From Ramazzottius varieornatus (taxonomy: Eukaryota > Animalia > Tardigrada), in the NCBI GenBank assembly GCA_001949185.1, contig BDGG01000015.1, forward strand, positions 439,036 to 503,035: a stretch of DNA of 64,000 bases, in the 5' to 3' direction. Position numbers and translations under genes: made by a program. A model generated the notes under the pieces. It was not told the origin of the DNA, made no database searches, and saw nothing but the letters and a program-made list of their open reading frames with translations. Of this stretch, positions 1-12,265 are shown in pieces. Each line of letters starts with the position of its first letter. Positions within the stretch are counted from its first letter, which is position 1.

Positions 1-26
1 CGCAATAAAAAATTCTTCCCTGCCAG

Positions 27-510
27 GTGGTACGTCCTTCAGACTAACCATGATCCGTGGCTGGGAGATCCCTGGTACGACAACCGCAGGTACTTCATCC
101 TGTTTCGTGACGTTAACTGTGGCCATTTGTATTGTACCTCAAGACTAGCAAACTCGGAGGGACTGCCTTCGTGTAGAGAAGCTGGAGAAACAGCCATGAA
201 TCGCACAGGAAGAAACAATATCACTGTGGATAGCTTGTATGATGTCCTGTCGGTCCCTAAAACCCGAAACAAGTACGACATTGTCACAAGAAACGTGAAT
301 GGCTACCCGGGTTAAATCGGACTTTCTACCTTTAGGTATACGGTTTACTCAACTGTGATGAGCGCTTCGCACCCCGAAGCCATCCGGACATGGATTCGTA
401 ACTCGACGGAATTGATACCGCCTCCGCCAGTGAGGGCGTCCGCATCTAATGTGGTCGGCCGATTCGGGACTTTTGCTGCGGTATTGATAGTCTTGTCACG
501 GAACCTCTAA
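27..510 (+). CDS. NAAA: 3' exons of an N-acylethanolamine acid amidase / acid ceramidase-like Ntn hydrolase (5' part outside window)
   Basis: GT-AG exons 27-89, 177-272 and 336-510 splice in frame to WYVLQTNHDPW..DNRR/EAGETAMNRTGRNNITVDSLYDVLSVPKTRNK/YTVYSTVMSASHPEAIRTWIRN, which resembles the NAAA/ASAH1 C-terminus (TNYDHW, DDRR, TVYTTVMSA). It ends in a hydrophobic tail. Confidence 0.8.
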
Positions 511-1625
511 GCTACATCACTTGAACCCTTTAACTGCAGCACGCATACGACTGTTATTTTCGTAGCATTCCTTCACGTTTCCCAAGTATATCAGCCCAAA
601 AGGGCGAACAGTTTTTTGAGACTTTGAGGCACGGCGAGGTACGGCGAAGCTACCATCCGATGCCCCTGAATATTCTCGCAGACTTCATGTCAAAAAAGGG
701 TCATTTGGTAGCAAATATAATGTTCCCCAAATTGGGCCGCCGAAACCCATATGTTCCGATGACGGCAAGATCGAGGCTTTTGCTGCTGGTGGTCAATTTC
801 AAGCTGATGCGGTTGTCCAGCTACCGCCGCGTCCCCTTCTTAGCTCCGTCTGACGACGACGAGAGAGACCGTTCACCGCTCACTCCTCCGCCCTTCGGCC
901 TATCGTTTATGGTTGTGTCGTGTATCTGAGTTATGTTAGTATGTCGTGGGGGTAGGATAGAGTAAGGTAGGGAATGGACGGGTGGGGACTGAGGTAGGCT
1001 GAGGTTGGCTCCACTGTGTCGTGTAGTTGGAGTCGTGTCATTATCTCGTGACGGTAGGGTTGGGGGAATTTTTGTTCTACAGGGTTCTTGGTACGGGACC
1101 TTGCCATCTATAATACAGTGTTGTCCCATAAGCTATCTGGATCCGGCTTTGATACCTCTCCGCTTCCTTTCAACCGACGATTTTGTTGGACTGACTTTGC
1201 AAGGTTCTCGACTTCCAGGGAAGAGAAAATTAATCAGGTTTCCTGTCGTGCTCTACCATATAGGACGATGTAAACTCCGCTCTAAGCGACAAAAGCAGAC
1301 AAAAGTTGAATGACTATTCTGAACGTTGCTTGAAATCTTATGCTTGTACTGTTTAACCTCTCGAAATCAGCTAGTACATAGGTATTTCGAGAGCTCGAGT
1401 GCGCCGTCGAGCTTTACCCTCGTCGCCGCCCTTCTACTCTAATTAGTTCTACTCACGATGTTTCTCTAGCAGTACGTTTCTGCTTGTACTCGCGACTGCT
1501 TTCCGGGATGTTTTGGTATTCAAAAACCTCTAGGTTCTAGGAAGACGAGCCGCAAAAAAACGATTATGTCTGCCATGGCTTATGTGACAATCGTTATACT
1601 TGCAGTTCATGGTTTCTCATGGTTT

Positions 1626-1677
1626 CGCTCGCCATGCCCCAGAACAGCTAATCAGCTGTTCTGGGGCATGGCGAGCG
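1626..1677. repeat. Perfect 24-bp inverted repeat with 4-nt loop
   Basis: CGCTCGCCATGCCCCAGAACAGCT-aatc-AGCTGTTCTGGGGCATGGCGAGCG. Confidence 0.95.
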
Positions 1678-2080
1678 GTCTTGTTTAATTTGGTGATTTC
1701 ATGCGCTTTGGATGATAGCTCAAACTGTCGAGAATATTCTCTATTTTTCTGTTACGTCGGCTTGAAAATCTTGATTTGAAGGTTGCCGTTGTTCCCTTGT
1801 GAGTCAAGCGGCCATAAGTTTGGTGACTAATCGCAGAAGCTTCCGTTATTTTTACTGATTGGACGTCTCAAGGGGAAAAATTTGCCAATGTTACGTATCT
1901 TCGAAATGCGTCAGGTGACATAGTCCAGAACCGGCGTCAGTGCACGTGTCGTTAACAAAGGTGGAGCTGACGTCAGTGCATCGATGTCAAAATGCCCGTA
2001 AAACTTTCGCTTCAGGAGGTTCAACGCAACGGGAAAGACGAGATCGTACAGAACGATGTGATGCGAATTTCGAACCCCGA

Positions 2081-2563
2081 TCAGCATCGGGGTTCATTAG
2101 GACCTATTCTTGTACCACTATTTTCTTCACGTATGGTACAGCTAAAGTCGTTGACACTCATCTCTGTTGTATTCTCTAAAATCTTTTCCATGTTTTTCTT
2201 CTGACCATCCTCTTCTCGCACTACTTCCTTGTAGGGCGGTAAGACGATCACCCGTGTTGTCCCAGCTTCTGCGTACGAGGGTAACTGGCAAGCGATGTAG
2301 ACCGCAGCGGATTGCTCAGAGTTCTTGACGATCGACTGAGGATAGTCGGACGAGGATCCATTTGATTCACGTGAAGGCCTCACAGTTTTGGACTTACAAC
2401 AAGAAGAGAGCCAGGCATAAGTTTTTCGACAGAGTAAAGCTACTGGATACAGTACTATCAATAAAAACAGCAGTATGAGGATGAGTGCGCATAAAACCAG
2501 GCACAACGGTATCCATAGTGGGGCAAGTAATGCAAGAGCCGTGTAGTTTAGTGTCTTCCCCAT
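2081..2563 (-). CDS. Small membrane protein with two PY motifs
   Basis: 160-aa intronless ORF with a long N-terminal hydrophobic segment, juxtamembrane Cys residues, and LPSYAEA plus LPPYKEV in the tail. Confidence 0.7.
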   Translation of the reverse strand: MGKTLNYTALALLAPLWIPLCLVLCALILILLFLLIVLYPVALLCRKTYAWLSSCCKSKTVRPSRESNGSSSDYPQSIVKNSEQSAAVYIACQLPSYAEAGTTRVIVLPPYKEVVREEDGQKKNMEKILENTTEMSVNDFSCTIREENSGTRIGPNEPRC

Positions 2564-2766
2564 CAGCCGCTATTTCGCTTCAGTTTCAGGGACGAGATGA
2601 TTTTACGCTCAGCATACAGCGAGTTATAAGTGAGTTATAAGTCTTGAGTAAAAATTACATGTGAAAATTTGTACAGCTAAGTGTGTACGTCGAAACACTT
2701 GATGTCACAGCGTGAACAGCTCAGAAAGCCCCATGTAAACAAAATGCGCGAGAAGTTTTGTTTGAT

Positions 2767-3180
2767 CTATCGCGCGCCGGCGTTATCGGTGGTTCCGGCG
2801 ATAACAGTTTCCGTCGAGACTCTTACGGTCTGATCAACTACTAGGCTGACAACTTGGACAGGTGCGCCGAGTACGGCTTCTTCGTAAGATGGCAGTCCGT
2901 GACCGTTTTCCTTGGCAGCTTCCGAATAGGCAGGTGGTGAGGCGAACTCGGCACTGTGTTCGTTCAGGCTGAAGGTACTGACCGCGGCCACTTCCCTTGC
3001 TCCATTGCTGAGATTTGCACCGGTATTGGTGGACCGGGACGATGAACTGTTGGTTCCGTCCATTTGTAAATTTGACTCGGATCTGCTTGAAAGTTTGAAA
3101 AGTGCGCAGGTCCGAACGACATGATACAAAACATAAATTAGAATGATGGCGCATATCACAAGAATTTCGGGCACGCCCAT
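2767..3180 (-). CDS. Single-pass membrane protein with two PY motifs
   Basis: Likely ATG at 3180 (MGVPEILVICAIILIYVLYHVV, TM). The Ser-rich tail contains PPAYSEA and LPSYEEAV. Confidence 0.7.
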   Translation of the reverse strand: MGVPEILVICAIILIYVLYHVVRTCALFKLSSRSESNLQMDGTNSSSSRSTNTGANLSNGAREVAAVSTFSLNEHSAEFASPPAYSEAAKENGHGLPSYEEAVLGAPVQVVSLVVDQTVRVSTETVIAGTTDNAGAR

Positions 3181-3346
3181 CGCATATACCGGCGTAAATA
3201 GCAAATAACCAATTCCGGAATATCTTAAGAATGCAAAATGAGGGCCAAAACTACAACGAAAACTATAAAGATGAGTTGGCTGTAGAGAGACCTGGTTCTG
3301 GCTATCACACGATGCGTTATCAAACACGCTTTCTATCTACACAAAT

Positions 3347-4105
3347 TTACTGTACAATCGGTCGTTCGGAAATGCCACTCGGTGTCGATCGTCCAAGGTT
3401 AGCGTCGCTATCTTGAACAGGGACGTCCGAACCAGCGGCAATCCTTACAGGAATTGTGAAGACTTGGACTCGATCATCCACATCCACTGCAGAGCCAACA
3501 GATTTCGTTGCATCTCGATCTGGAGGCGAGACCGGATGAGTTAGGGCTTCATCATACGACGGCAATGCCTCTTGAGATTTTGTGACCTCTTCGTAGGATG
3601 GTAGACCTTGTTCGCTCAGTGCCGACGCTGTGTCCCGAACGTTTGGCTCCCGTGCTGGTCGAGGAAACACGTCGACGGAATGCTGAGAAGACTGAGGTCC
3701 TCGCGGAGGTCCACCATCCCTGGCACGTCTGTCAGGCGTAACGTTGCTTCGAAATTGGTACCATCGTTTGATTGACTTGTACAAGATGAACAAGGAAAGA
3801 ACAATGAGGAAGGCAATCAGTTCCATGAAGTATGGTGAGCGACGAGTGTCATTCCGGTCGTGACTATTGTAGTTGTCACTTCGCTGATAGGTCAGGTAAC
3901 TTTGATGTGATGACGCCAGAGTTTGGTAGTAAGTAGGGAGAGTGTATCGACCAAACCGGTTCACGGCGGAAGACAGCTCGGATGTCCCGTTATTGTCTTT
4001 CGCGACGGTATATTCAAGCAGAGGAGCACCTTCTACAGGGTTGCAGTGCCACACAAACGGTATTAAAGATAGTGCTTCACCGATAGCGAAAGTAAAGGGA
4101 GTCAT
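3347..4105 (-). CDS. Type I membrane protein with two PY motifs
   Basis: 252 aa; signal-like N-terminus, TM (FMELIAFLIVLSLFILY), tail with LPSYEEV and LPSYDEAL. Confidence 0.75.
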   Translation of the reverse strand: MTPFTFAIGEALSLIPFVWHCNPVEGAPLLEYTVAKDNNGTSELSSAVNRFGRYTLPTYYQTLASSHQSYLTYQRSDNYNSHDRNDTRRSPYFMELIAFLIVLSLFILYKSIKRWYQFRSNVTPDRRARDGGPPRGPQSSQHSVDVFPRPAREPNVRDTASALSEQGLPSYEEVTKSQEALPSYDEALTHPVSPPDRDATKSVGSAVDVDDRVQVFTIPVRIAAGSDVPVQDSDANLGRSTPSGISERPIVQ

Positions 4106-6774
4106 CGTTTCTGAAAGTTCGAAAAAGCTGCTTGATAAAACTTGTCACTGTATTTTCGAGCAACAGTAGTAGATCCGCAAACTGCATAGATGGTTGCCGG
4201 AAAACAGTTTTACGTCAAGGATAAGGCGTCGAATGACACGCGGAATGCGAGTTGCTTATCTTGAACTTGACCTCGAAACTTTAATGTGCGGTTTCGCTGC
4301 AAGTTACAAACAGAGCTCGCCAAAGTATACCAGGTAGCCGACACTGACATATCCAGGCTTGAACTCGGCACTTACTGCCTCAAAGTACCTCTCTTCGGTC
4401 TCTGAATCAAGAAAAACTACTCTCCGTTCCTCTGAGACAAACCAGAAGCGCGGACATAGCAAAACTGATAAGAAATCTGTCTTGGAATGAAGGTGGGTCA
4501 GGCGCAATGTCGAAGAGCCTATTTAACGTACATTTACTTATTTAGTCGCCGGCGATCCAATGATGCCGACGCTACGAGGACCAGCACCCGAACCTAGTGT
4601 CACCTTACGGCCAAAAAATTGTTTCCTCGCGTTCAGAATTTTCTGTCAATGCAGGAAGGGGTCCTTGACCGTTCTTCCCGCATGTTCGGAGGTGCAGTCC
4701 ACTTGTTCGAAATGTGTACAGAATATTCCAATTTTAAAACACGAAATTCAATTAAATTTGACCACACTGTTCGCCATGCCCGCATAGCCTGATATCTGTG
4801 GCTTGATCGATCACATCAGTTGAAACATTGTGTAACGTATGTGTTATGTAATTTTAGTAGTATTTCTGGCATGCTGCACGGTGCACATTTACTAAACAAA
4901 GGGTCTTTCAACAAGTTCATCGCGATGTAGGCGAAGGACGACAGCATGGTGTCGAGAAGGGTGCAAGAAGCTGGGGCGGTGCTGACTGGCGCGAGGACAA
5001 ACTCCTTGGACTGCGTTCTTGATCTCCCTGGCAGCTCCTTCTTCATGATGTGGCTTCCCCCTGCAAAGACACCTGCTCTGATTTTATAAGCATTAATTAA
5101 TATACCTTCGAGTCGTCTTGACAGTCATAACATGACTGTTATGACACACACGTTTGCCATTCGCAAACTACCTACCAGCACGCTTCAGCGTGTCGAAACC
5201 CGCTTTGTGAAGTACTAAAGAAGTGAGGATTATTACTGTATGGACAACCCTGTTTTTGAAATCAGTCTTTCCTTCGGAATTTTTTGGTGGATGTACGCCG
5301 TGTTGCAACCGAATTTGCTCTAGTATCTGTAGTAAATCTGACCTCTCAGACGACGTAAAACTTCAGCTCTCTCAGATGTACGGGGGACGGTAGAGAAACC
5401 TCAACTGATTATTACAGTAGATGAAGCTGTCGCAGTTCCAGTTAGGATTAATAGCATGCTCGCCAATAGACCCATTGTAAGATGGAGCGCTTGATCTTGT
5501 CATAAAAACATCGTTTCTGCCTCTCCTCTCGATAAAACTCGGGGTGTCGATGGCTATTTACCGTATTAGGGGTTTCCTAATTAGTCAATTGAATAGGGGT
5601 GCCTTTGGCAAAACAGGAATTAAATAGGGGTGCGATAGGGGTGCCTATAGCCATTTCCCAATTTATTTTATCTACTTCTTTGACAGTGAATCAAAAGTAC
5701 TCAGCCGGGTTTTACAAATTAGTTCAGACAATAGTCTTCTGCAGAAAAATAGACTGAGGCAGCCTGGTAGTATCGGTCGCTCGCTAGAAATATTTTGTCG
5801 ATTGAGCGCAGTTATTCCCGGTAAAATGGGTGGTTTTCTATCGATTGCGCTAATCAAACGATCAAAGTTATCACCGTAAGACATATACTGGTCGCAAGAT
5901 CTGAAAATGATCTATCCAACGAGTGGAAGCACGACTCCACGAGAAAGGTACAAATTTACCACCGATTTTCAAAATCTGTCGGCTTGATCTGAATCAACCT
6001 ATATATCCCCAATGCATCTTTACACTGCAGAAATACGGTCGATCTGTGGTATTTCCGCCCTAACGGCGGAAATCTATAACATTGGTAATCTCTGCCGTCG
6101 CCAATGTTAAACGGACTGCTAATGCTGCACAGGTCGACACAGGTTGATCACCAGAAAACGTTGATCTCATAATCGGATGTCGGAGGGTGTTCGCCTCGTT
6201 CTTCTTGTTCATATGCGGTGTCAGAGCCTCGATATCTGCGACACGGATGAGGATACCCTTTGACGTCAGTGAAAGAAAATCCGCCAGTTTCACAAACCCA
6301 GTTATGCAAATGACTCGATCACTCGGTGAATCATTGATCTGTGAGTACTACCGGACTTCTTGAACCCTGACATTACACCAGGACCAGAAGAGTGTTCTCA
6401 GCCAAAGACGCTCCCTGACAAGAATTACTAAAATGCATCGCCTTAGCACAGGTGCTTTATGGCTCCGCAATGCCATTCGGCCATGTAGCAATCTTCAGTC
6501 AACACCTTGCGTCAACAACTTTTCGCCTAGGTGCGAGAGCCTTAAGAATAAAAGAAACCATTTGCCATACGCAGTATCCGTCTTTACGACTGTAGCTTGA
6601 TCGGAGTGTTCGGACAGACAAGTTTGATGCATAGCTCGCCTGCGGGCTCCTGTAAGCTCGAATATAGCGTCATTCGTCAATGGGCCGAAAACGGCAGCAC
6701 TCGCCATGTAATTCAGGCAACTGCTATTTTGTGTATGAAGTAATTTTTTTACGAAAACAACCTGGCTAAGTGTG

Positions 6775-7410
6775 ATGAATCTGGTGAAATTATCGTTTGA
6801 GGTTTTGGAGGAGACCAACCGACGGACGTCCCTGAGTGGTGTCGGATGCTTTCAGATTTTTCTTGGATGTCTAGCCGTTGTATTTGCCATTATCGGTAAG
6901 CAATCACCACTGTCGCGCCATCGGACATGAAAATCGGATGGGTTGAAGACAGTCAGCTGACTTACTCGCAGTCATTTTTCTCACCTCGTAGACATAACCA
7001 CCGATGTACCACCGAACACCTCAGAAGTTCTACTGTCGTGTTGCGCACTGGCAGTAGGAGTGGCTCATATTTTCCTAGGCCTTCTTGCGATGTACATGGC
7101 TCGTCTGCGATCTACACTGCCATCTCGGAAGCTGTTAACCTTGTGCGTCATCCTCAACGTTGGCGTAGCACTGGTGTCTTTCGTTGCTTGGATGATAGCG
7201 ATATTAGGCGTCTACGGGAAGGCCTATGTCCATGGAACGTATGGTATATTGGTAGGCCTCATAATTTTTTCATATCTGGCAATCCTCAACCTTCCTGCAA
7301 TGACCATCGCCGGGCGTGCGCCAATGGTATCAGTCACACCATCACGTCCGAGGGCCGTGTCAAACGTTGATTCATCCGCAACGTTAACCATCTTTACAAA
7401 CGGAGATTAA
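6775..7410 (+). CDS. Four-TM protein, MS4A/CD20-like topology
   Basis: Exon 6775-6895 and exon 6992-7410 (intron GTAAGC..CGTAG) join in frame. Four hydrophobic helices; TM1 GCFQIFLG resembles the MS4A G.xQIxxG pattern. Confidence 0.65.
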
Positions 7411-8651
7411 CGCTGCCAGTAACACAGTTCGCATATCAGTATACCGTATGTGCTGGTGCTCTGAGAATCCCCATGCCTTATCCCACCACCACAGACCCCT
7501 GTGAATTACAGTAGTCTGCCTTTTTATGCTACGCTGTGATAGCTTATTTTGATTGGGTGAAGTTGCTTGATTTATAAATTTGAAAGGCAAATACAGATGA
7601 GACGTGGACAGCAGGTCCGCAACCTGTAATAGTGCACGAACCACCCGGACCCTTCCGCTCGATCGGAGACTTAACACCCTGGTGTAAGTTCCACCGTTTC
7701 TGTGGTGCGCAACTGAGAATTTACCTGTAACCCTCCGGGTGTTTCACACTATATCTAAGTTACACTCTGTGCATGAAAGCAAAACAAGACTGTCTACCCA
7801 ACGCTGTTCTCCTCCTATATGAGCCTGCTCTTCGCGAGTTTGTCTATGTACTGATCCAAAGATGGGTTTCCCCCAGGTGTTTTTGTACCATGGCGTTTCT
7901 TGGGCAGTGCTGCGTTTACTGAAATACTAAATGGGCTCGATCCGGTTCGACGACAGCCGCTGCGCTGAACGCTAAAGAAGGTAAAGATTCGATCAGTGCG
8001 CCTTATGTTTTTCCATCCCGATTTCCCACAAGACATTGGCGGTCTCGTTTGAAGTTCTGCTTTATAGTGAAATAGTGATATCGATACTTTTAAAGGGATG
8101 AAAGACGTTCTCTTCCAGTTGGGAAAAACACTGGATTTTTCGGTAAGGGATACCGAAATTCGTTGTCTGATGGTCCTGTGAAAGGCAACGACCACTTAGG
8201 CAGCAAGTATCAGAAAGTCTGAGCGCGCGCCATAATCCATATTTCCACAAACTGTGAAATTATGGAAGGTGCCGAAACCACCTAACATTTAAACTAACCA
8301 TCAGATCCGCTCCGAATTTTTATAGTAAATATAATACTCAATTCCTAGCGACATGTATCCAATCCAGTACATTTGGTTATCCAGCCCGCAAATGGACTTG
8401 CAAATTTTAAAATGCCCCATAGGGCGTGATTAGGGGAGGAAACTGCAAGAAATGCATCACCCAGGCAAGAGCCCATGCCAACGACATGGTCCTGCCATAT
8501 GCTAACGGAGGAGAGACTGATGCCGAAGGTACGACACGTACGTACTAACATGTTTACCTATACTGAATAACGTCTTTTGTCCTACGACACCAACACATTG
8601 AGCATTCGTTACTGTATCTGTAGTGTAGCAGATGTTTCGTAGTGTAACGGT

Positions 8652-8717
8652 GTTTTATCTAGAGGGTGCTTAGGATGTGCCGCCGTTTTATCTAGAGGGT
8701 ACTTAGGATGTGCCGCC
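8652..8717. repeat. 33-bp tandem duplication (1 mismatch)
   Basis: GTTTTATCTAGAGGGTRCTTAGGATGTGCCGCC x2. Confidence 0.9.
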
Positions 8718-9377
8718 GAAATGGGGCTCTGTTCTGACCTTTAAGAAAGATACGTCGGACGCAAATGCCAACAAAAGCTACATTCCACTCCCCACAGACG
8801 GACAAAGATCTTATCGAAGATGTACTCAGTGTGGTGGCCCAAAGTAACAGCAGCCCCGAATGCGCAGAGGCCTTCAGAAACACTGCGCTTTGGCGACGCG
8901 ATAGTTACTCCACGATTGATTCCAAAGAATAGTCAGTGGGTTACGATTAGAAAACGCTTGCTCTTTTTACTCACTGGAATCTTCATGTCTGCCAACAGCT
9001 ATGCATTCTGGTGCAACCACAGCCCATGTACAGTATTACATTGGCTTGTATCATGGAAGCTGTCCGACTGTACATGAGGAGAACCCGCCACTACAACGCG
9101 TATACGTCTGTGATTTGCAGATACCTATAAAAGGAAGCTCCGGTCATCCTATCTTATCAATTCTAACAAAGAAAATATATCAGGGCTCGGCAGTTTGCAG
9201 CAGAAGTAACATCAAACACGCTCGAACTTTCCACTCTAACAACTATGTCAGAGGTAGCACAAAATTGAGTTATGTTTCCGTATAAACGTAATGAAAGAGG
9301 CTTGTCGCAAGTTTTCAGACGCTGAACCATTTCCTCAAGTATCCAAGGTTTGCAGAACGTCTACTTACACAAAAAGC

Positions 9378-12265
9378 ATGAAGACGCCAAACTCCTTTAT
9401 TGAGCCTGCTGCACTACAACTCTTACTGTCTATCTCAGTGGTTTGCAACCTTGAACCCGTTCTTGGAGTTCCGAGTCAAGAGATAGTTCGGGCAAACGTA
9501 CCGTGGGGATATGGAAATAACTCTGGTAAGAACTTGATCGATATGAACTAGGATCTGTCTACGCATTTACACTACACAGTAGTATGTTTTCGGTCGTGCT
9601 ACTAGCAAGTGGCACTCCACTGGAAAACCAAAAAAGGCCGCAGTTTTGATTCACCCAAATTAGTCATCCGACCCCGCTAACCTAACGACAGACGAGGAGT
9701 ATTTGCAGACGATCAGACGAGCTCCAGCGAAGCAGTCCCTTCCTGAACTCACGAAACCCATCCAGCATAACGTGTCCACAACCCTTAGAGTCTGGAAGGT
9801 TCAACCATATACCCGTGCCACAGGCCACAGGTGGGGTTCAGTCAACGCGTCTCAGGCTCTCAGCAAGGGAATTGCGACTAAACGGACCCCGAAGCATGCG
9901 CACGCAGGTTATTAGCTAGCTTTTGCCGCTGCGCAAGTCAGGCACGCCTCTGCGTGTGCCGCTGCGTGCACAGTACGAGGAATCCCTCCTTTACCCTATG
10001 CCCTTCCTCCTTCCCCTTTCCCCTTCCTTCTCTCCCACTCGAATGAGATACTCGTATGTTGGATCAGGGGGTGGAAAACTTCGGTCATGCACCGGCATAC
10101 ACTGAGACAGAGACACAGGACACTCGGTTTTTATATAGTACCTGGGAGTCTGCAGTGCACGTTCATATGCTCTACTTACGGCAAAAATTCGCTGCGTCCG
10201 CCCCGGTCCGGCTTTACTGCTTGTTTATCTCTCTACGGGGGTGCATCGTTACCTACGTGTACAATATTACTTCTAGTGTGTTCACTGCAGTGCAGGTGTT
10301 GTTGGAAAGCCGTTGACACACCGTAGACAATCAACCGTGAACATAGCTCAGTGCCGACTTTAGTTGATCGTACTTCAGCTTTTGATCGACAGGGCCGACT
10401 TTGACCACGTGCTTCTTGCGTACAGTGTGTGCTCTCAAAGACACGTGGTCAAAGTCCGCCCCGTTCAACCGCAAGGACCCGATCAACCGCAACAGCGTAT
10501 CAACGGTTTTCCAGAGCCGCCCGTACTGCAGTGAACACTAGGAGTGATATTGTTTCACTCTGGCAATGTTTGGACGCAACGAACTTTGGCAGTGAGCTAG
10601 GCAATGGCCATACGTTCGGCGCCAAGTCCGCCCCAAAATCTGTGTTCTTTTGTGGCCAAACTTGACATTGCCCAGCTCTACCTGAAGAATGCGTCGCTTC
10701 GCTCGGCTTGATAAAAATCCACTTAATTTGAGCAATGGGAGAGTAACTCAGGTGTTACGTGGTTTAAATCCTGCTTGTTGAGAAACTGCGGGCGAGCTCA
10801 GGTCTGGCCTTCTGACGTCACACACAACTGATTCATTCTGCAGCTTTCCGACCGAGTGCACCAATGAGAACTGCACGGTGATGTCAGACCAGCCAAACCT
10901 GAGCTCGCTCGCAATCTCTCATCAAGCCCCATTTAAACCACGTGATACCTGAGTTACTCTGCCTACTGCTCATTTGTACCATACAAAGGATCTAATTAGT
11001 GTAACTGACTGCGACAGGTGGCGGATATCTGGGTCCCGATTACTGGACCAATCTACCAGGAGGCACATCATGTGGCGGCTCGCGACAGTCTCCGATCAAC
11101 TTCGTCACCATGAGCGCCACCAGGAGAAACTACGAGAAAGATCGATTGTTCTTCGACAAGCATGGCAAGTCTCCAATCGACGAAAAATGGACGTTCGTGA
11201 ACAACGGCCATTCAGGTAGTACAAAACTTTCTACACACGCATAACGAGAAATAATGGGCCAGGCGGTAAAGACGGCAAAATGGAGATCCAACCGGAGAAA
11301 TTCAAAGGTGTGGGAAAATGCATTAGTATAAATCAGTCACGTACATGCTTCCGTACCGCCGTAGCGAAAAGGCGTGGCCGATTTTTGTTACTGGCTCATA
11401 ATTTCTCGTCGTGCGTATACGGTAAGTTCTGCACCGGCTCTCCTGGCACTGGGTCCAAACTACCGATCTTTCTAGTTCAACTGACCACTTTCTACAAAGC
11501 CGGCGAACGTCCAGAGCTGCAACAAAACAGCCTGAACGGCATATACGTATTCGACCAGGTCCACTTCCACTGGGGATCAGACGATAAGTTCGGATCGGAA
11601 CACTTGGTCGACGGTTCAGCCGCTGTATTGGAGCTTCACATCGTCCATAGTTTGAGGAACGCTTCGAACGAAGAAATCAATCAGAGGCGCGATGGTCTCG
11701 CAGTCATTGGAATTTTGTTCGAGATCGGGAACTTCGACAATCCGAAACTCGAGTCTTTTGTTCGAAACCTGGAGCGCGTTGCTCAACCAGGTGAAACTAC
11801 CAATCAATCTATGGCATGCTTTTCAACTTTTTTTACACGATTTCTTATTAATGATCATCAGGTTCTTCAATCAATAACGCAGTATTAGCTGGTCATACCT
11901 TGAAGGATCTTATCCCGTCGAACAAGACTTTCTTCCGGTACATGGGCTCACTAACAACTCCGCCCTGCACCGAGAACGTCGTCTGGACAGTCTTCACACA
12001 GAAGCAAAAGATCTCACTGGATCAACTCGCGGTCTTCCGGACGGTATTGGCGAACAACGAGCTGGAACACAATGCTACTGTTAGCCCAGTCCCAGTATCG
12101 GACAATTACCGACCGCCCCAGCCACTAAATGGCAGAGAGGTTTTTCTGTTTGTGGATGGCGCTTCATCGTTATCAATTTGTCAGAAACTGCTCGCTTTGA
12201 TTACACTGCTTGACAGTGTAATCAATCTACTGTACTCAAGAAAAGTGTTTGGATCTTCCATATAA
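9378..12265 (+). CDS. Alpha-carbonic anhydrase, secreted or GPI-anchored type
   Basis: Exons 9378-9525, 11018-11215, 11476-11790 and 11862-12265 splice in frame: signal peptide, WGY, GPDYW, QSPIN, NNGHS, QVHFHWG, GSEH, ELHIVH (three Zn-binding His intact), GSLTTPPCTE, DNYRPPQPLNGR, hydrophobic C-tail. Confidence 0.93.
10273..10541. mobile_element. MITE-like element in carbonic anhydrase intron 1
   Basis: About 45-bp imperfect TIRs (CTAGTG(TG)TTCACTGCAGT..GGAAA.CCGTTGA) and an internal 15-bp inverted repeat at 10397-10411 / 10442-10456. Confidence 0.7.
10729..10972. mobile_element. Foldback/MITE in carbonic anhydrase intron 1
   Basis: About 95-bp imperfect inverted arms (TGAGCA..AGAGTAACTCAGGT..CGTGGTTTAAAT..GCGAGCTCAGGT and the reverse complement). 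Confidence 0.8.
11234..11419. mobile_element. MITE-like element in carbonic anhydrase intron 2
   Basis: About 29-bp TIRs: CACACGCATAACGAGAAATAATGGGCCAG versus the reverse complement of the right end, TATACGCACGACGAGAAATTATGAGCCAG. Confidence 0.65.

Noticed and set aside
4304-5060. Possible minus-strand exons
   Set aside because: Acceptor-like site present, but no consistent gene model or recognisable protein.
5565-5650. TAGGGGTG repeats as telomeric or G-quadruplex sequence
   Set aside because: Only four irregularly spaced copies; insufficient support.
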